The translations under genes were made by a program, and so were the position numbers. Under the pieces are notes generated by a model that searched no databases, had not been told where the DNA came from, and was given only the letters and a program-made list of their open reading frames with translations. Shown here piece by piece: positions 29,649 through 38,115 of a stretch of DNA of 64,000 nucleotides. Each line of letters starts with the position of its first letter. Position 1 is the first letter of the stretch. This stretch comes from Candidatus Poriferihabitaceae bacterium (GTDB taxonomy: Bacteria > Pseudomonadota > Gammaproteobacteria > Arenicellales > Poriferihabitantaceae), in contig OZ243941.1 of assembly GCA_965214205.1 (NCBI GenBank), positions 2,225,419-2,289,418 on the forward strand, written 5' to 3'.

Positions 29649-29672
29649 TTAGTCAATATAAATATTGACTAA
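29649..29672. promoter_or_regulatory. Perfect 11-bp inverted repeat (2-bp spacer) in the AT-rich leader of the HTH-Fic operon. Candidate operator.
   Basis: TTAGTCAATAT-aa-ATATTGACTAA lies 65 bp upstream of the HTH start and overlaps the dgkA stop codon (29669-29671). Confidence 0.5.
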
Positions 29673-30058
29673 TATAACCCGTAGAGCGCATATACCCACA
29701 GACCAGCACTCACAACCAGTGCCATCAGCACCGCGGCGCTCCCCGCGTCCTTGGCTTTTTTCGCCTCACGGTGAAACTCGCCGGTAACCATATCCACCAC
29801 AGCCTCAACGGCGGTGTTCAACAACTCGGCCACCAATACCAGGGCATGACTGAACAAAATTACGGCCTTGAGCCAGGGATCGAACGGCAGATACAGACAC
29901 AAAGCGGATAGCAGCGCGGCAACAACGACCTCCAGCCTGAAAGCGGCTTCCTCACGCCAGGCGGCCCGAAGTCCGTCGATTGAATGAAGCAACGCCCGCC
30001 ACAACCGGGGGCCGGTGACGGATTGGGGAATTTCCGGCTGCTTGTTCATACGGGACAT
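29669..30058 (-). CDS. dgkA: Diacylglycerol kinase (prokaryotic DgkA family)
   Basis: Motifs RLWRALLHSIDGLRAAWREEAAFRLE and NTAVEAVVD, with three TM helices. The start is taken at the internal ATG at 30058 (129 aa, similar to the roughly 120-aa family size). Confidence 0.8.
   Translation of the reverse strand: MSRMNKQPEIPQSVTGPRLWRALLHSIDGLRAAWREEAAFRLEVVVAALLSALCLYLPFDPWLKAVILFSHALVLVAELLNTAVEAVVDMVTGEFHREAKKAKDAGSAAVLMALVVSAGLWVYALYGLY
29676..29701. repeat. Right copy of the direct repeat. It forms the actual 3' coding end of dgkA (attR-like).
   Basis: See 28463-28489. This copy encodes the dgkA C-terminus ...LWVYALYGLY. Confidence 0.6.
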
Positions 30059-30113
30059 GATACCAGCCCCGCAAACCGTATGACAGGCCGGATTTATTGT
30101 ATACTGCGTTGCC

Positions 30114-30917
30114 ATGAAGATCGCGAGACTACAACCAGCAGAGAGGGCGCCCTGTTACGCCATTGATCACGGCGGCCAGCGCTATACCGAAGCCGCGGGC
30201 AATCTGTATCAGGGTCTGACAGATACCGGGAAATCAGTTACCGGAAAGCTCCTGTCACCCATCCTGCCAACCGACATCTACTGCATCGGACTGAATTACG
30301 TTAAACACGCGCAAGAAGGAAAACAGGAAATCCCGGAGCGTCCGGTACTGTTTTTCAAATCCACATCCTCATTACAAAACCCCGGAGACCCGATTATCCT
30401 GCCGCGAAAACTACCCAGCAAAAAAGTGGATTTCGAAGCCGAACTGGCCGTGGTGATCGGCAAAACCTGCCACAATGTCTCCCGGCAAGACGCGCTTGAC
30501 CATGTTCTGGGTTATACCTGCGCGAACGACGTCAGCGCCCGGGACTGGCAACGACTGGGCGGGGGCGGCCAGTGGTGCCGGGGGAAAACATTCGCCACAT
30601 TCTGCCCGCTCGGCCCATTACTGGTTACCGCCGATGAAATCCCGAACCCGAATGCACTGGCCATAAAGAGCCATCTGAACGGAGAAACCATGCAGGACTG
30701 GAATACCGATGACATGATATTCGATGTGCCGGCCCTGATCGAATTTTTGAGCGGAAGTACCCTGTTGAATCCGGGCAGCGTCATACTGACCGGCACTCCC
30801 CACGGAGTCGGATTCGCCCGCAAGCCGCCCGTCTATCTCCAACCCGGAGACCAAATCACCATAGAGATAGAAAACATCGGCAGCCTGACAAACCCGGTTG
30901 TTGAAGAAGAAGCCTGA
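30114..30917 (+). CDS. Fumarylacetoacetate hydrolase (FAH) family protein
   Basis: 267 aa with FAH-fold motifs VDFEAELAVVIGK, GKTFATFCPLGP and LTGTPHGVG. Confidence 0.85.
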   Translation: MKIARLQPAERAPCYAIDHGGQRYTEAAGNLYQGLTDTGKSVTGKLLSPILPTDIYCIGLNYVKHAQEGKQEIPERPVLFFKSTSSLQNPGDPIILPRKLPSKKVDFEAELAVVIGKTCHNVSRQDALDHVLGYTCANDVSARDWQRLGGGGQWCRGKTFATFCPLGPLLVTADEIPNPNALAIKSHLNGETMQDWNTDDMIFDVPALIEFLSGSTLLNPGSVILTGTPHGVGFARKPPVYLQPGDQITIEIENIGSLTNPVVEEEA

Positions 30918-30964
30918 TGGTATTCCATCAAACAACCATCAAAATAAATCCGAAAAATCTCCCG

Positions 30965-31354
30965 CTAATATACATTGAGACCCAGTAAATCAGCCATTGC
31001 ATCAAAATCCCGATCACTATGTAGCAGCGTATGATCATTGCGAATGCAAAATGTCGCTATCAAAACATCTACAGTCTTTCTGACAGTAATACCTTGTTTA
31101 CGTAGCTTCCTGTAATTTCCGGCGCTGACAACGGCAATCTCCCGACCGATCATTTCAGCGCAAGCCAGTCGCATGAGCGCTTTTTCCGCTAATTGATAAT
31201 CCTGATCTTTCCGAAAGCCCTGAAGGATTTCTGTCAGGATCAAATCCCCCATTAAAATACGATGCGATGCTAAAAGTCTATCAAGAATATCCGTTTCACG
31301 GTTTTGTGCGCCATTGAAATAATTTATCCAGACTGATGTATCCGCAATAATCAC
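30965..31354 (-). CDS. vapC: PIN-domain toxin VapC
   Basis: 129 aa. The N-terminus MIIADTSVWINYF is typical of VapC, with further acidic residues (LHSDRDFD). There is a 4-bp overlap with the upstream antitoxin gene. Confidence 0.85.
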   Translation of the reverse strand: MIIADTSVWINYFNGAQNRETDILDRLLASHRILMGDLILTEILQGFRKDQDYQLAEKALMRLACAEMIGREIAVVSAGNYRKLRKQGITVRKTVDVLIATFCIRNDHTLLHSDRDFDAMADLLGLNVY

Positions 31355-31545
31355 TTGTCTGATCGCATCTGCTCCAGCGAGCCTTCCCAGTGCAGCTTGC
31401 CCCGAAGATTACGAAGGTCAGACTGTTGTTCGATCTGGATAAGCATTTCCAGCCCTTTCTCCACGGTCGCCTTCTTCGTCCTGGCGCCACAGGCTTTCAT
31501 TGCATGGGTCATCAGTTTATCGTCAATTTCTATATTTGTACGCAT
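31351..31545 (-). CDS. vapB: Type II antitoxin VapB (small DNA-binding antitoxin)
   Basis: 64 aa. MRTNIEIDDKLMTHAMKA is typical of the VapB/DUF2191-like antitoxins, and the gene is coupled to vapC. Confidence 0.7.
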   Translation of the reverse strand: MRTNIEIDDKLMTHAMKACGARTKKATVEKGLEMLIQIEQQSDLRNLRGKLHWEGSLEQMRSDK

Positions 31546-31554
31546 GTTGGCTTC

Positions 31555-31588
31555 TTATGTGTATAACTACCAAGCATTATACACATAA
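31555..31588. promoter_or_regulatory. 12-bp perfect inverted repeat (10-bp spacer) immediately upstream of vapB. Candidate VapB(C) operator.
   Basis: The sequence is TTATGTGTATAA-ctaccaagca-TTATACACATAA. It begins 10 bp upstream of the vapB start codon. Confidence 0.5.
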
Positions 31589-31791
31589 ACGTCCCACTGA
31601 ACGACTCGGATTACGCAAATGGGATGGATTATAGATTTGGTCACCGAAATTGGCAGGAAACCGGCGACAGAGGTATATGGAGGGGGGCATGTTGCCGGTC
31701 AAGAGGCCAAGCAGAGGTAGGAGCCCCCGACATGCGTTTCAGTAACAAATAGAGGGCCACCGCTTGCTGGCTTTCCGGCATTCCAGACAGA

Positions 31792-31832
31792 TTATGTGTA
31801 AATCAGGAGTTGAAGTCCTGATTTACACATAA
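31792..31832. promoter_or_regulatory. 17-bp perfect inverted repeat (7-nt loop) directly upstream of the AAA ATPase gene. It shares its outer 9 bp with the vapB-proximal palindrome.
   Basis: The sequence is TTATGTGTAAATCAGGA-gttgaag-TCCTGATTTACACATAA. It is followed by TACAAT and then the ATG at 31845, with no Shine-Dalgarno sequence. Confidence 0.5.
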
Positions 31833-31844
31833 TACAATGCTTGC

Positions 31845-33014
31845 ATGATTTTTCGTGACTTATCTGGGGAACTGCTCCGACAACTCAGGGAATACCCGGT
31901 CGTAACCGTATTGGGGCCAAGGCAAGCCGGGAAAACGACACTGGCGCGGGAATTGCTGAAAGACTATACCTACGTCAGTCTGGAAACACCCGACATCCTG
32001 GCTATTGCCCGTGAAGACCCAAGGGGGTTTCTCGCTCGCTATCGAGAAACTGTCATTTTTGACGAAATTCAGCGAGCGCCTCATCTCATCAGTTATCTGC
32101 AAGGGATCGTTGATGATTGCGGGCGGAATGGTCAGTTTGTTCTCACCGGCTCCCATCAGCTTGAATTGCGAGCTTCCATTACCCAATCACTGGCGGGTAG
32201 AACCGGGATTCTCAATCTGCTTCCCTTTTCTATCGCCGAATTGAGAACGGCGATGCACACATTCGATACCTTCGAGGAATATGTCTTTACCGGATTTCTT
32301 CCCCGTATATATGATCAGAATCAACGACCCAATACCGCATGGGCAAATTATTACCAAACTTATGTTGAAAGAGACATTCGCCAGATCATTCAGCTAAAGG
32401 ATGCCAGCCTATTCGATAAATTCATGCGTCTGCTGGCTGGAAGAACCGGCCAGATCATCAACTACCAATCTCTGGCGGCGGATGTCGGCGTGAACGCCAA
32501 AACGGTGAAGGAATGGTTATCCATTCTGGAAGCATCATTTGTGGTATTCAAACTTTCACCATATTTCAGGAATTTCGGCAAACGGGTCGTCAAATCTCCC
32601 AAATACTACTTCACAGATACTGGATTACTAACCTATCTGTTAGGCATTGAGAAACCGGAGCAGGTAACTCGTGATCCTCTGGTTGGTCAGTTGTTTGAAA
32701 ATCTGGTGGTTCTGGAAGCAATCAAGGCTCGATATAACCAGGGCAAAGCGCCGAACCTGTATTTTTACCGGGATAGTCACGGCAATGAGATTGATCTGTT
32801 GTATGCGAGTGGCCGCAGTTTGACCGGTATCGAAATCAAATCCGCAGCGACATTTCATTCCCATTTCCGGAAAATGCTGAACCAATTCTCACAAAAACAG
32901 CAGCCCCTCCAGTCAGGCTATATCGTTTATAACGGAGAGGAGAAGATATTCAGCGATGGCATCAGAGCAATCAATTTCCGTGATGTCGGAGCGATTTTCA
33001 GGTCGGACAAGTAA
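31845..33014 (+). CDS. AAA-family ATPase with a DUF4143-like C-terminal domain (COG1373-type)
   Basis: 389 aa with Walker A GPRQAGKTT and Walker B VIFDEIQ. The length and C-terminal region are typical of the AAA_14/DUF4143 family. Confidence 0.8.
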   Translation: MIFRDLSGELLRQLREYPVVTVLGPRQAGKTTLARELLKDYTYVSLETPDILAIAREDPRGFLARYRETVIFDEIQRAPHLISYLQGIVDDCGRNGQFVLTGSHQLELRASITQSLAGRTGILNLLPFSIAELRTAMHTFDTFEEYVFTGFLPRIYDQNQRPNTAWANYYQTYVERDIRQIIQLKDASLFDKFMRLLAGRTGQIINYQSLAADVGVNAKTVKEWLSILEASFVVFKLSPYFRNFGKRVVKSPKYYFTDTGLLTYLLGIEKPEQVTRDPLVGQLFENLVVLEAIKARYNQGKAPNLYFYRDSHGNEIDLLYASGRSLTGIEIKSAATFHSHFRKMLNQFSQKQQPLQSGYIVYNGEEKIFSDGIRAINFRDVGAIFRSDK

Positions 33015-33041
33015 GACGTGGTAGCCCGAAGCCCCGTTATG

Positions 33042-34322
33042 CTACCCGCGAAAAACGGTATTTGGTAACCACAGTGCAATCTCCGGAACAAATGTAATCA
33101 TCAGCAGCACAATAATTAACGGGACCAAAAATGGCATGGTCGCCTTGACACATTTCTCAAAGCTGACGCCAGACACTTCTGATAGCACATACAAAACCAT
33201 CCCGATCGGGGGCGTCAGTAGCCCAAGCATGAGATTGAGTATCACAATGATTCCAAGATGTACCGGGTCTATGCCAACGGTCAGCGCAATGGGCATCAAC
33301 ACAGGCACAAGAATGGTGATCGCTGCAATGGTTTCCATGAACAACCCGATCGCGAGCACGATTGCCATGATCATCAGAAGAATCAGATGCTTGTTTTCGG
33401 TAAGCCCCAAAAGTGCGCTCCCCAGTAAATCCGCAACCTGATTAGCGGTCAGAATCCAGGCAAAGATGGTGGCCGCGGAAACGATCATCAGAATTGCGGC
33501 GGAGGTTTCGATGGTGTCAATGGACACTCTCACTATATGCCGCCACGAAAGAGTCCGATACACCACCAGACCTAAAAACATCGCATATATGACGGCTGCA
33601 ATAGCAGCTTCAGTGGGAGTAAATACACCGGTAGCAATACCACCGATGATAATTGCAGGCGTTAATAGCGGGAAGAATGCCGCCTTGAACGTGCGCCAGA
33701 TAACACGAAGATCAAATCTGGCATCACGCGGATAATTTCTTCTCTTTGAATACCAGGCAACCATGACCATCAATGAAACGGCCATCAACAGGCCCGGCAC
33801 CAACCCTGCGGCAAACAATTCCCCTATCGAAACAGACGCCATTACGCCAAAAATCACCAGTGGCAGCGATGGCGGAATAATCGGACCAATTGTTGAAGAG
33901 GCCGCAGTCACTCCAACCGCGAAATCGGTATCATACCCGGCTTCCCGCATTGCTTTTATTTCGACATTGCCGAGTCCTCCCGCATCTGCGACCGCGGCGC
34001 CGGACATTCCTGCGAATATGACACTGGCGCCCACATTGACATGACCAAGTCCGCCCGGTGTCCATCCCATCAAGGCACGGGCGAATGCGAATATCTTGGT
34101 GGTTATGCCTCCTGTATTCATCAAATGTCCAGCCAGAATGAAAAACGGGATAGCAAGAAGCGGAAAGCTGTCAACCCCCGTGATCATATTGTGTATCAAC
34201 ACAACTTCGGGCACATCAGAAATCAATATATAAGAGAGTGACGCAAGCGCCAGTGAGACCGCAACCGGAACCCCCAATATCAGGCAACCAGCCAGTACTG
34301 CAAACAGAATCCACAGACCCAT
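33042..34322 (-). CDS. TRAP transporter large permease (DctM family)
   Basis: 426 aa polytopic protein with DctM-like motifs (GPIIPPSLPLVIFG, LLTPPIGMVLYV). Confidence 0.9.
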   Translation of the reverse strand: MGLWILFAVLAGCLILGVPVAVSLALASLSYILISDVPEVVLIHNMITGVDSFPLLAIPFFILAGHLMNTGGITTKIFAFARALMGWTPGGLGHVNVGASVIFAGMSGAAVADAGGLGNVEIKAMREAGYDTDFAVGVTAASSTIGPIIPPSLPLVIFGVMASVSIGELFAAGLVPGLLMAVSLMVMVAWYSKRRNYPRDARFDLRVIWRTFKAAFFPLLTPAIIIGGIATGVFTPTEAAIAAVIYAMFLGLVVYRTLSWRHIVRVSIDTIETSAAILMIVSAATIFAWILTANQVADLLGSALLGLTENKHLILLMIMAIVLAIGLFMETIAAITILVPVLMPIALTVGIDPVHLGIIVILNLMLGLLTPPIGMVLYVLSEVSGVSFEKCVKATMPFLVPLIIVLLMITFVPEIALWLPNTVFRG

Positions 34323-34333
34323 GGGGTATCCTC

Positions 34334-34888
34334 CTAATCTATATTACTGAGTTTCTCTGCGGCGACATCACTCGCAGACATCTTGAAAAGTCTGAATACG
34401 CGATACGCTGCAAACAGAGCCATTGCAATACAGGCTATCACCACGATGTAATAGATAACGCTCTTCGGCAAATCGAGCGAGACCATTCTTTGTGATCTGG
34501 TTTTTTGGGCGAGTTCTATTCCCAGCCAGGCCATGTAACCGAACATTCCAAAAACAACGATCTCTACAAATGTTGAAACCGGTTTTATGAGCCCTTCCGG
34601 CAAATATCGGTAGAAAAATTCCAGATAAATGTGTTTACCCTTTCGTACACAACTTACCGAACCGACAAACGCCAGTAGAATCAGGAGATAGCGTGCGATT
34701 TCCTCTGTCCATCCAAGGCTGTCGTTCAATACGTAGCGGGTGAAAAATTGCAGGGCCACGATAATGAATAACAACACAAACACGATCAGCGCTGGAAAAT
34801 CGAGAAGCCCGACATCTGAAATATCATCGGTTACTTCTTCGATTTCACTAAAAACGTCTTCCTTCTCTGAAGCATTTTCATTATTCAT
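34334..34888 (-). CDS. TRAP transporter small permease (DctQ family)
   Basis: The ATG at 34888 is preceded by GAGG. There are four TM helices, and the gene sits between dctP and dctM. Confidence 0.75.
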   Translation of the reverse strand: MNNENASEKEDVFSEIEEVTDDISDVGLLDFPALIVFVLLFIIVALQFFTRYVLNDSLGWTEEIARYLLILLAFVGSVSCVRKGKHIYLEFFYRYLPEGLIKPVSTFVEIVVFGMFGYMAWLGIELAQKTRSQRMVSLDLPKSVIYYIVVIACIAMALFAAYRVFRLFKMSASDVAAEKLSNID

Positions 34889-34923
34889 TGTGTGTAACCT
34901 CTGATCAAAACCGCATGGCGTAT

Positions 34924-34956
34924 GGTCCGCAATTGCCCGCCTTGCAACCGCGGACC
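34924..34956 (-). terminator. Intercistronic hairpin between dctP and dctQ of the second TRAP operon
   Basis: GGTCCGC...GCGGACC forms a 7-bp stem, with additional inner pairing TTGC/GCAA, in the 78-bp dctP-dctQ spacer. Confidence 0.3.
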
Positions 34957-34966
34957 GTATTTTCAA

Positions 34967-35974
34967 TTAGCCAGCGTCAGGAATGGCCTGGAGACGTTCG
35001 TAAACATCGTTGCTAAACGGCATGTCATCTCCGAGTAACGCGGGTTTCACGACATCCATGAATGGCTGGCGATCCACTTCATTGACATTTACACCCTGCC
35101 CCCTGAACCAGTCAACAAGCTCGGCTTCGGATTGGACGATCTGCTCTGTAACCCAGTCAGCGGATTCCTGCAAGGCTTTGATTACAGCGGCGCGGTCCGT
35201 ATCACTCATACCGGACAGGCGTGACCCGGACGCGACGGTCAGGGTTGAGTTTGTGATGTGTCCGGTGAGATTTATGTCAGTTTGTACTTCGTGAAATTTT
35301 TTCGCCTGTATGGTTGGCAGCGGGTTTTCCTGAGCATCCACTACCCCTTGCTGCAACGCAAGATACACTTCCGCGAATGCCATCGGAGTCGGGTTGGCTC
35401 CGGCTGCTTTTGGAAACAACACATAAGCGGGGGCGTTTGGCACCCGGATTTTGACATCCTTGATATCCGCGGGAGTCAGTATGGGTCGGTTTGAGGTAAC
35501 ATGGCGTGTTCCATAATAGCTGATTGCAGTAACCACACTGCCACCGGATGCCTCTGCAAACCCGGCGGACAATTCTTTGAACAAATCACTCTGTCCGTAG
35601 GCTTTCCAGTGATCAAGACTCCGTAGTGTAAAAGGAAAATCCGTAATTGAAATCGGACCGTATATGGATCCGGCAAATCCGGCTCCCGTATAAATGATAT
35701 CTACAGTGCCCAACGTCAGCCCCTCGTTGAGGCCCGCTTCCTTACCTAATGAAGAGGCAGGGAAAACCTCCACCTCATAACGACCTTCAGTAGCCTCGTT
35801 AATAGCCTCGGCTGCCATTAACGCGCCTTTGTGAAGGGGGTGGCCTACCTCATAGACATGAGCGAATTTCAGCTTTTGAGCGGCATGTGAAATACCGAAT
35901 GGCAATGCAAGTAAACTACATGCCAAAGCGCTGAAAAGTACCTTTTTGAACGTATTACGTTTGATTGAATTCAT
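34967..35974 (-). CDS. TRAP transporter substrate-binding protein (DctP family)
   Basis: The ATG at 35974 is preceded by AGGAG. A signal peptide (ALPFGISHAAQ) and DctP-like motifs are present. Confidence 0.85.
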   Translation of the reverse strand: MNSIKRNTFKKVLFSALACSLLALPFGISHAAQKLKFAHVYEVGHPLHKGALMAAEAINEATEGRYEVEVFPASSLGKEAGLNEGLTLGTVDIIYTGAGFAGSIYGPISITDFPFTLRSLDHWKAYGQSDLFKELSAGFAEASGGSVVTAISYYGTRHVTSNRPILTPADIKDVKIRVPNAPAYVLFPKAAGANPTPMAFAEVYLALQQGVVDAQENPLPTIQAKKFHEVQTDINLTGHITNSTLTVASGSRLSGMSDTDRAAVIKALQESADWVTEQIVQSEAELVDWFRGQGVNVNEVDRQPFMDVVKPALLGDDMPFSNDVYERLQAIPDAG

Positions 35975-36030
35975 TTTTCTCCTCGTCATGTTATATCTAA
36001 TGGTTGAATAGTCTGCTGATTTATAGCACA

Positions 36031-36070
36031 ATATAATAAAAAATAAAATATATTTTATTTTTTATTATAT
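36031..36070. promoter_or_regulatory. 40-bp perfect A/T-only palindrome in the divergent dctP / gntR-like promoter region
   Basis: ATATAATAAAAAATAAAATA|TATTTTATTTTTTATTATAT is an exact reverse complement. It lies 57 bp from the dctP start and 64 bp from the regulator start. Confidence 0.6.
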
Positions 36071-36133
36071 GATATATACGCACAGTGATACAACGCATAT
36101 TTTATTTCCGAACCAAAAATACAAGCGCCTACA

Positions 36134-36868
36134 ATGAAATCAAAGAAACTCAACCTGGTCCGGGAGACTCTGACTCAACAAATTTGTGCGCTGCTCAAGT
36201 CAAAAATCATCAACGGTGAACTGGTGGCGGGCAGCCGCATCTGGGCAGATGAATTGGCAACCCAACTGGAGGTTAGCATCGCCCCGGTCAAGGAAGCGTT
36301 ACTGATCTTGTCGGGTGAAGGACTGATCGTTAATGTCCCTCGGCGCGGCTCTATTGTCCGCAGCTTTACCTACCGGGAAATGTCCGAACTCTACGATGTG
36401 AGGAAATTACTTGAGCTGGAAGCGTTGGAAATCATGTTCAAGCGCTCCTTGATAACCGATGAACTCGTACTTGATCTGCGGGAAATCAATACAAAAATTG
36501 GCAGACTGCGTAAGAACGGAGAGTTCAGGGACAGAAGCGCGGCTTACGAACTGGACTGGAAGTTTCATGAGCGCTTTGTCGCCAGTTGTGAGCATGGGCT
36601 TCTTGCTGAACTGTACGCCAGATTGAATACCCAGGCTCAGATTATTCGTTATTCCAGTTGGAATATCGGGCCTCGCGGCGACAAAACATACTTCGAGCAC
36701 GATGCAATTGTCCAGGCGCTTGCACAAAGAGATATTGCCAATGCCAGGGATGCGATTTCCGCTCATCTTGGTTCCATATTACAGGACTTTGCCAAAACCA
36801 TCGAAAAGGGCGAGCACGGTGATCCAACTCACAACGACGTTGACCTGATCATTAGTGGCCGCAGATAA
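36134..36868 (+). CDS. GntR-family transcriptional regulator (FadR/FCD subfamily)
   Basis: 244 aa with an N-terminal winged HTH (LATQLEVSIAPVKEALLILSGEGLI) and a helical C-terminal FCD-like domain. Confidence 0.85.
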   Translation: MKSKKLNLVRETLTQQICALLKSKIINGELVAGSRIWADELATQLEVSIAPVKEALLILSGEGLIVNVPRRGSIVRSFTYREMSELYDVRKLLELEALEIMFKRSLITDELVLDLREINTKIGRLRKNGEFRDRSAAYELDWKFHERFVASCEHGLLAELYARLNTQAQIIRYSSWNIGPRGDKTYFEHDAIVQALAQRDIANARDAISAHLGSILQDFAKTIEKGEHGDPTHNDVDLIISGRR

Positions 36869-36915
36869 AACGATAAGGTTTGATCATTCGCTTACGCACG
36901 AAACGGTGACTTGAC

Positions 36916-38013
36916 ATGAGTCCTCCAACGATATCGAACGTAACCAACACACTGTTCCGGGTTCCGCTAACTGAAGTGCTCAGTGATGCCAGGCACGGCG
37001 ATCATAGTCACTTTGAGCTGATAACTACGACGATTGAGCTGTCAGATGGAAGTTCGGGAACCGGGTATACCTACACCGGCGGACGTGGAGGCCAGGCGAT
37101 TCTGGCTATGCTTGAGAAGGATTTGAAGACTTTTTTGCTGGACAGGGCTGGTGATGACATTACCCGACTTTACGATCAAATGTTTTGGCATATTCACTAT
37201 GTGGGACGCGGCGGCGTATCTTCGTTTGCAATATCCGCTGTAGATATTGCGCTGTGGGACATCAAAGGCAAAAAAGAGCAAAAACCATTGTGGCAACTGG
37301 CGGGCGGAGCGAACTCCACAACCCGTGCATATTGCGGCGGCATTGATCTCAATTTTTCATTGCAAAAGCTGAAAGCAAATGTATCGGGATACCTTGAGTC
37401 AGGATTTAATGCAGTGAAAATCAAGGTGGGGCAGGAAAGTCTGGATGAAGATGTTGCGCGAGTCGCCGCAATCCGGGAGTTGGCAGGCGAAGATGCCACT
37501 TTCATGGTCGATGCCAACTGTTCCATGTCCGTTGAAAAAGCGATCAGGGCGGCGCAAGCGTTTAAGGAGTTTGATATTTACTGGTTTGAGGAACCCATAG
37601 AGCCGGACAATTACCAGGGCTACGCTGAGATTGCCCGAGCCACGGACATATCCCTGGCGATGGGAGAAAATCTCCATACGATCCATGAGTTCCAGTTTGC
37701 GCTCGACCAATCGAATCTTTCATTTATCCAACCGGACGCTTCCAACTGCGGCGGTATCACCGGCTGGCTTCGTGTGGCGGAACTGGCATTGGAAAAAAAT
37801 ATTCCGGTATGTAGCCACGGCATGCAGGAACTGCATGTCAGTCTGGTTTCAGCACAGCAAAATGCCGGTTGGGTTGAAGTGCACAGCTTCCCGATTGATC
37901 AGTATACGAATCGACCGTTGCAGATCGAAAACTGCCGCGCTGTCGCTCCCGACACTCCGGGAACAGGGGTTGAATTTGATTGGGAGAGACTCTCGCAATT
38001 CAAACTTTCCTAG
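36916..38013 (+). CDS. Enolase-superfamily acid-sugar dehydratase (mandelate racemase subgroup)
   Basis: 365 aa with the KxK motif (VKIKVG). Metal-ligand contexts are MVDAN, WFEEP and MGENL, and a His lies in CSHG. Confidence 0.8.
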   Translation: MSPPTISNVTNTLFRVPLTEVLSDARHGDHSHFELITTTIELSDGSSGTGYTYTGGRGGQAILAMLEKDLKTFLLDRAGDDITRLYDQMFWHIHYVGRGGVSSFAISAVDIALWDIKGKKEQKPLWQLAGGANSTTRAYCGGIDLNFSLQKLKANVSGYLESGFNAVKIKVGQESLDEDVARVAAIRELAGEDATFMVDANCSMSVEKAIRAAQAFKEFDIYWFEEPIEPDNYQGYAEIARATDISLAMGENLHTIHEFQFALDQSNLSFIQPDASNCGGITGWLRVAELALEKNIPVCSHGMQELHVSLVSAQQNAGWVEVHSFPIDQYTNRPLQIENCRAVAPDTPGTGVEFDWERLSQFKLS

Positions 38014-38115
38014 GCGCCTCCGAATGATATTTGCGTTCAGATTATGTTGAGTGATTTTCTGCATTGCGCCGATTGATTTTCAAGGTTTAGCTTTAACTGT
38101 AATAGAGATTAGCGA

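Larger units (their letters stand above)
28490..29675. mobile_element. About 1.2-kb Fic/HTH cassette bounded by the dgkA-3'-end direct repeats. Putative integrated mini-element or remnant; no recombinase gene inside.
   Basis: Flanking imperfect direct repeats, lower GC by eye than its neighbours, and contents matching the family pair named mobile mystery protein A/B in TIGRFAMs (from memory). Confidence 0.45.

Noticed and set aside
31619-31720. 33-codon ORF (MGWIIDLVTEIGRKPATEVYGGGHVAGQEAKQR) in the non-coding gap between the two palindromes
   Set aside because: It has no ribosome-binding site, no recognisable motif and a very short length. It cannot be supported from sequence alone.
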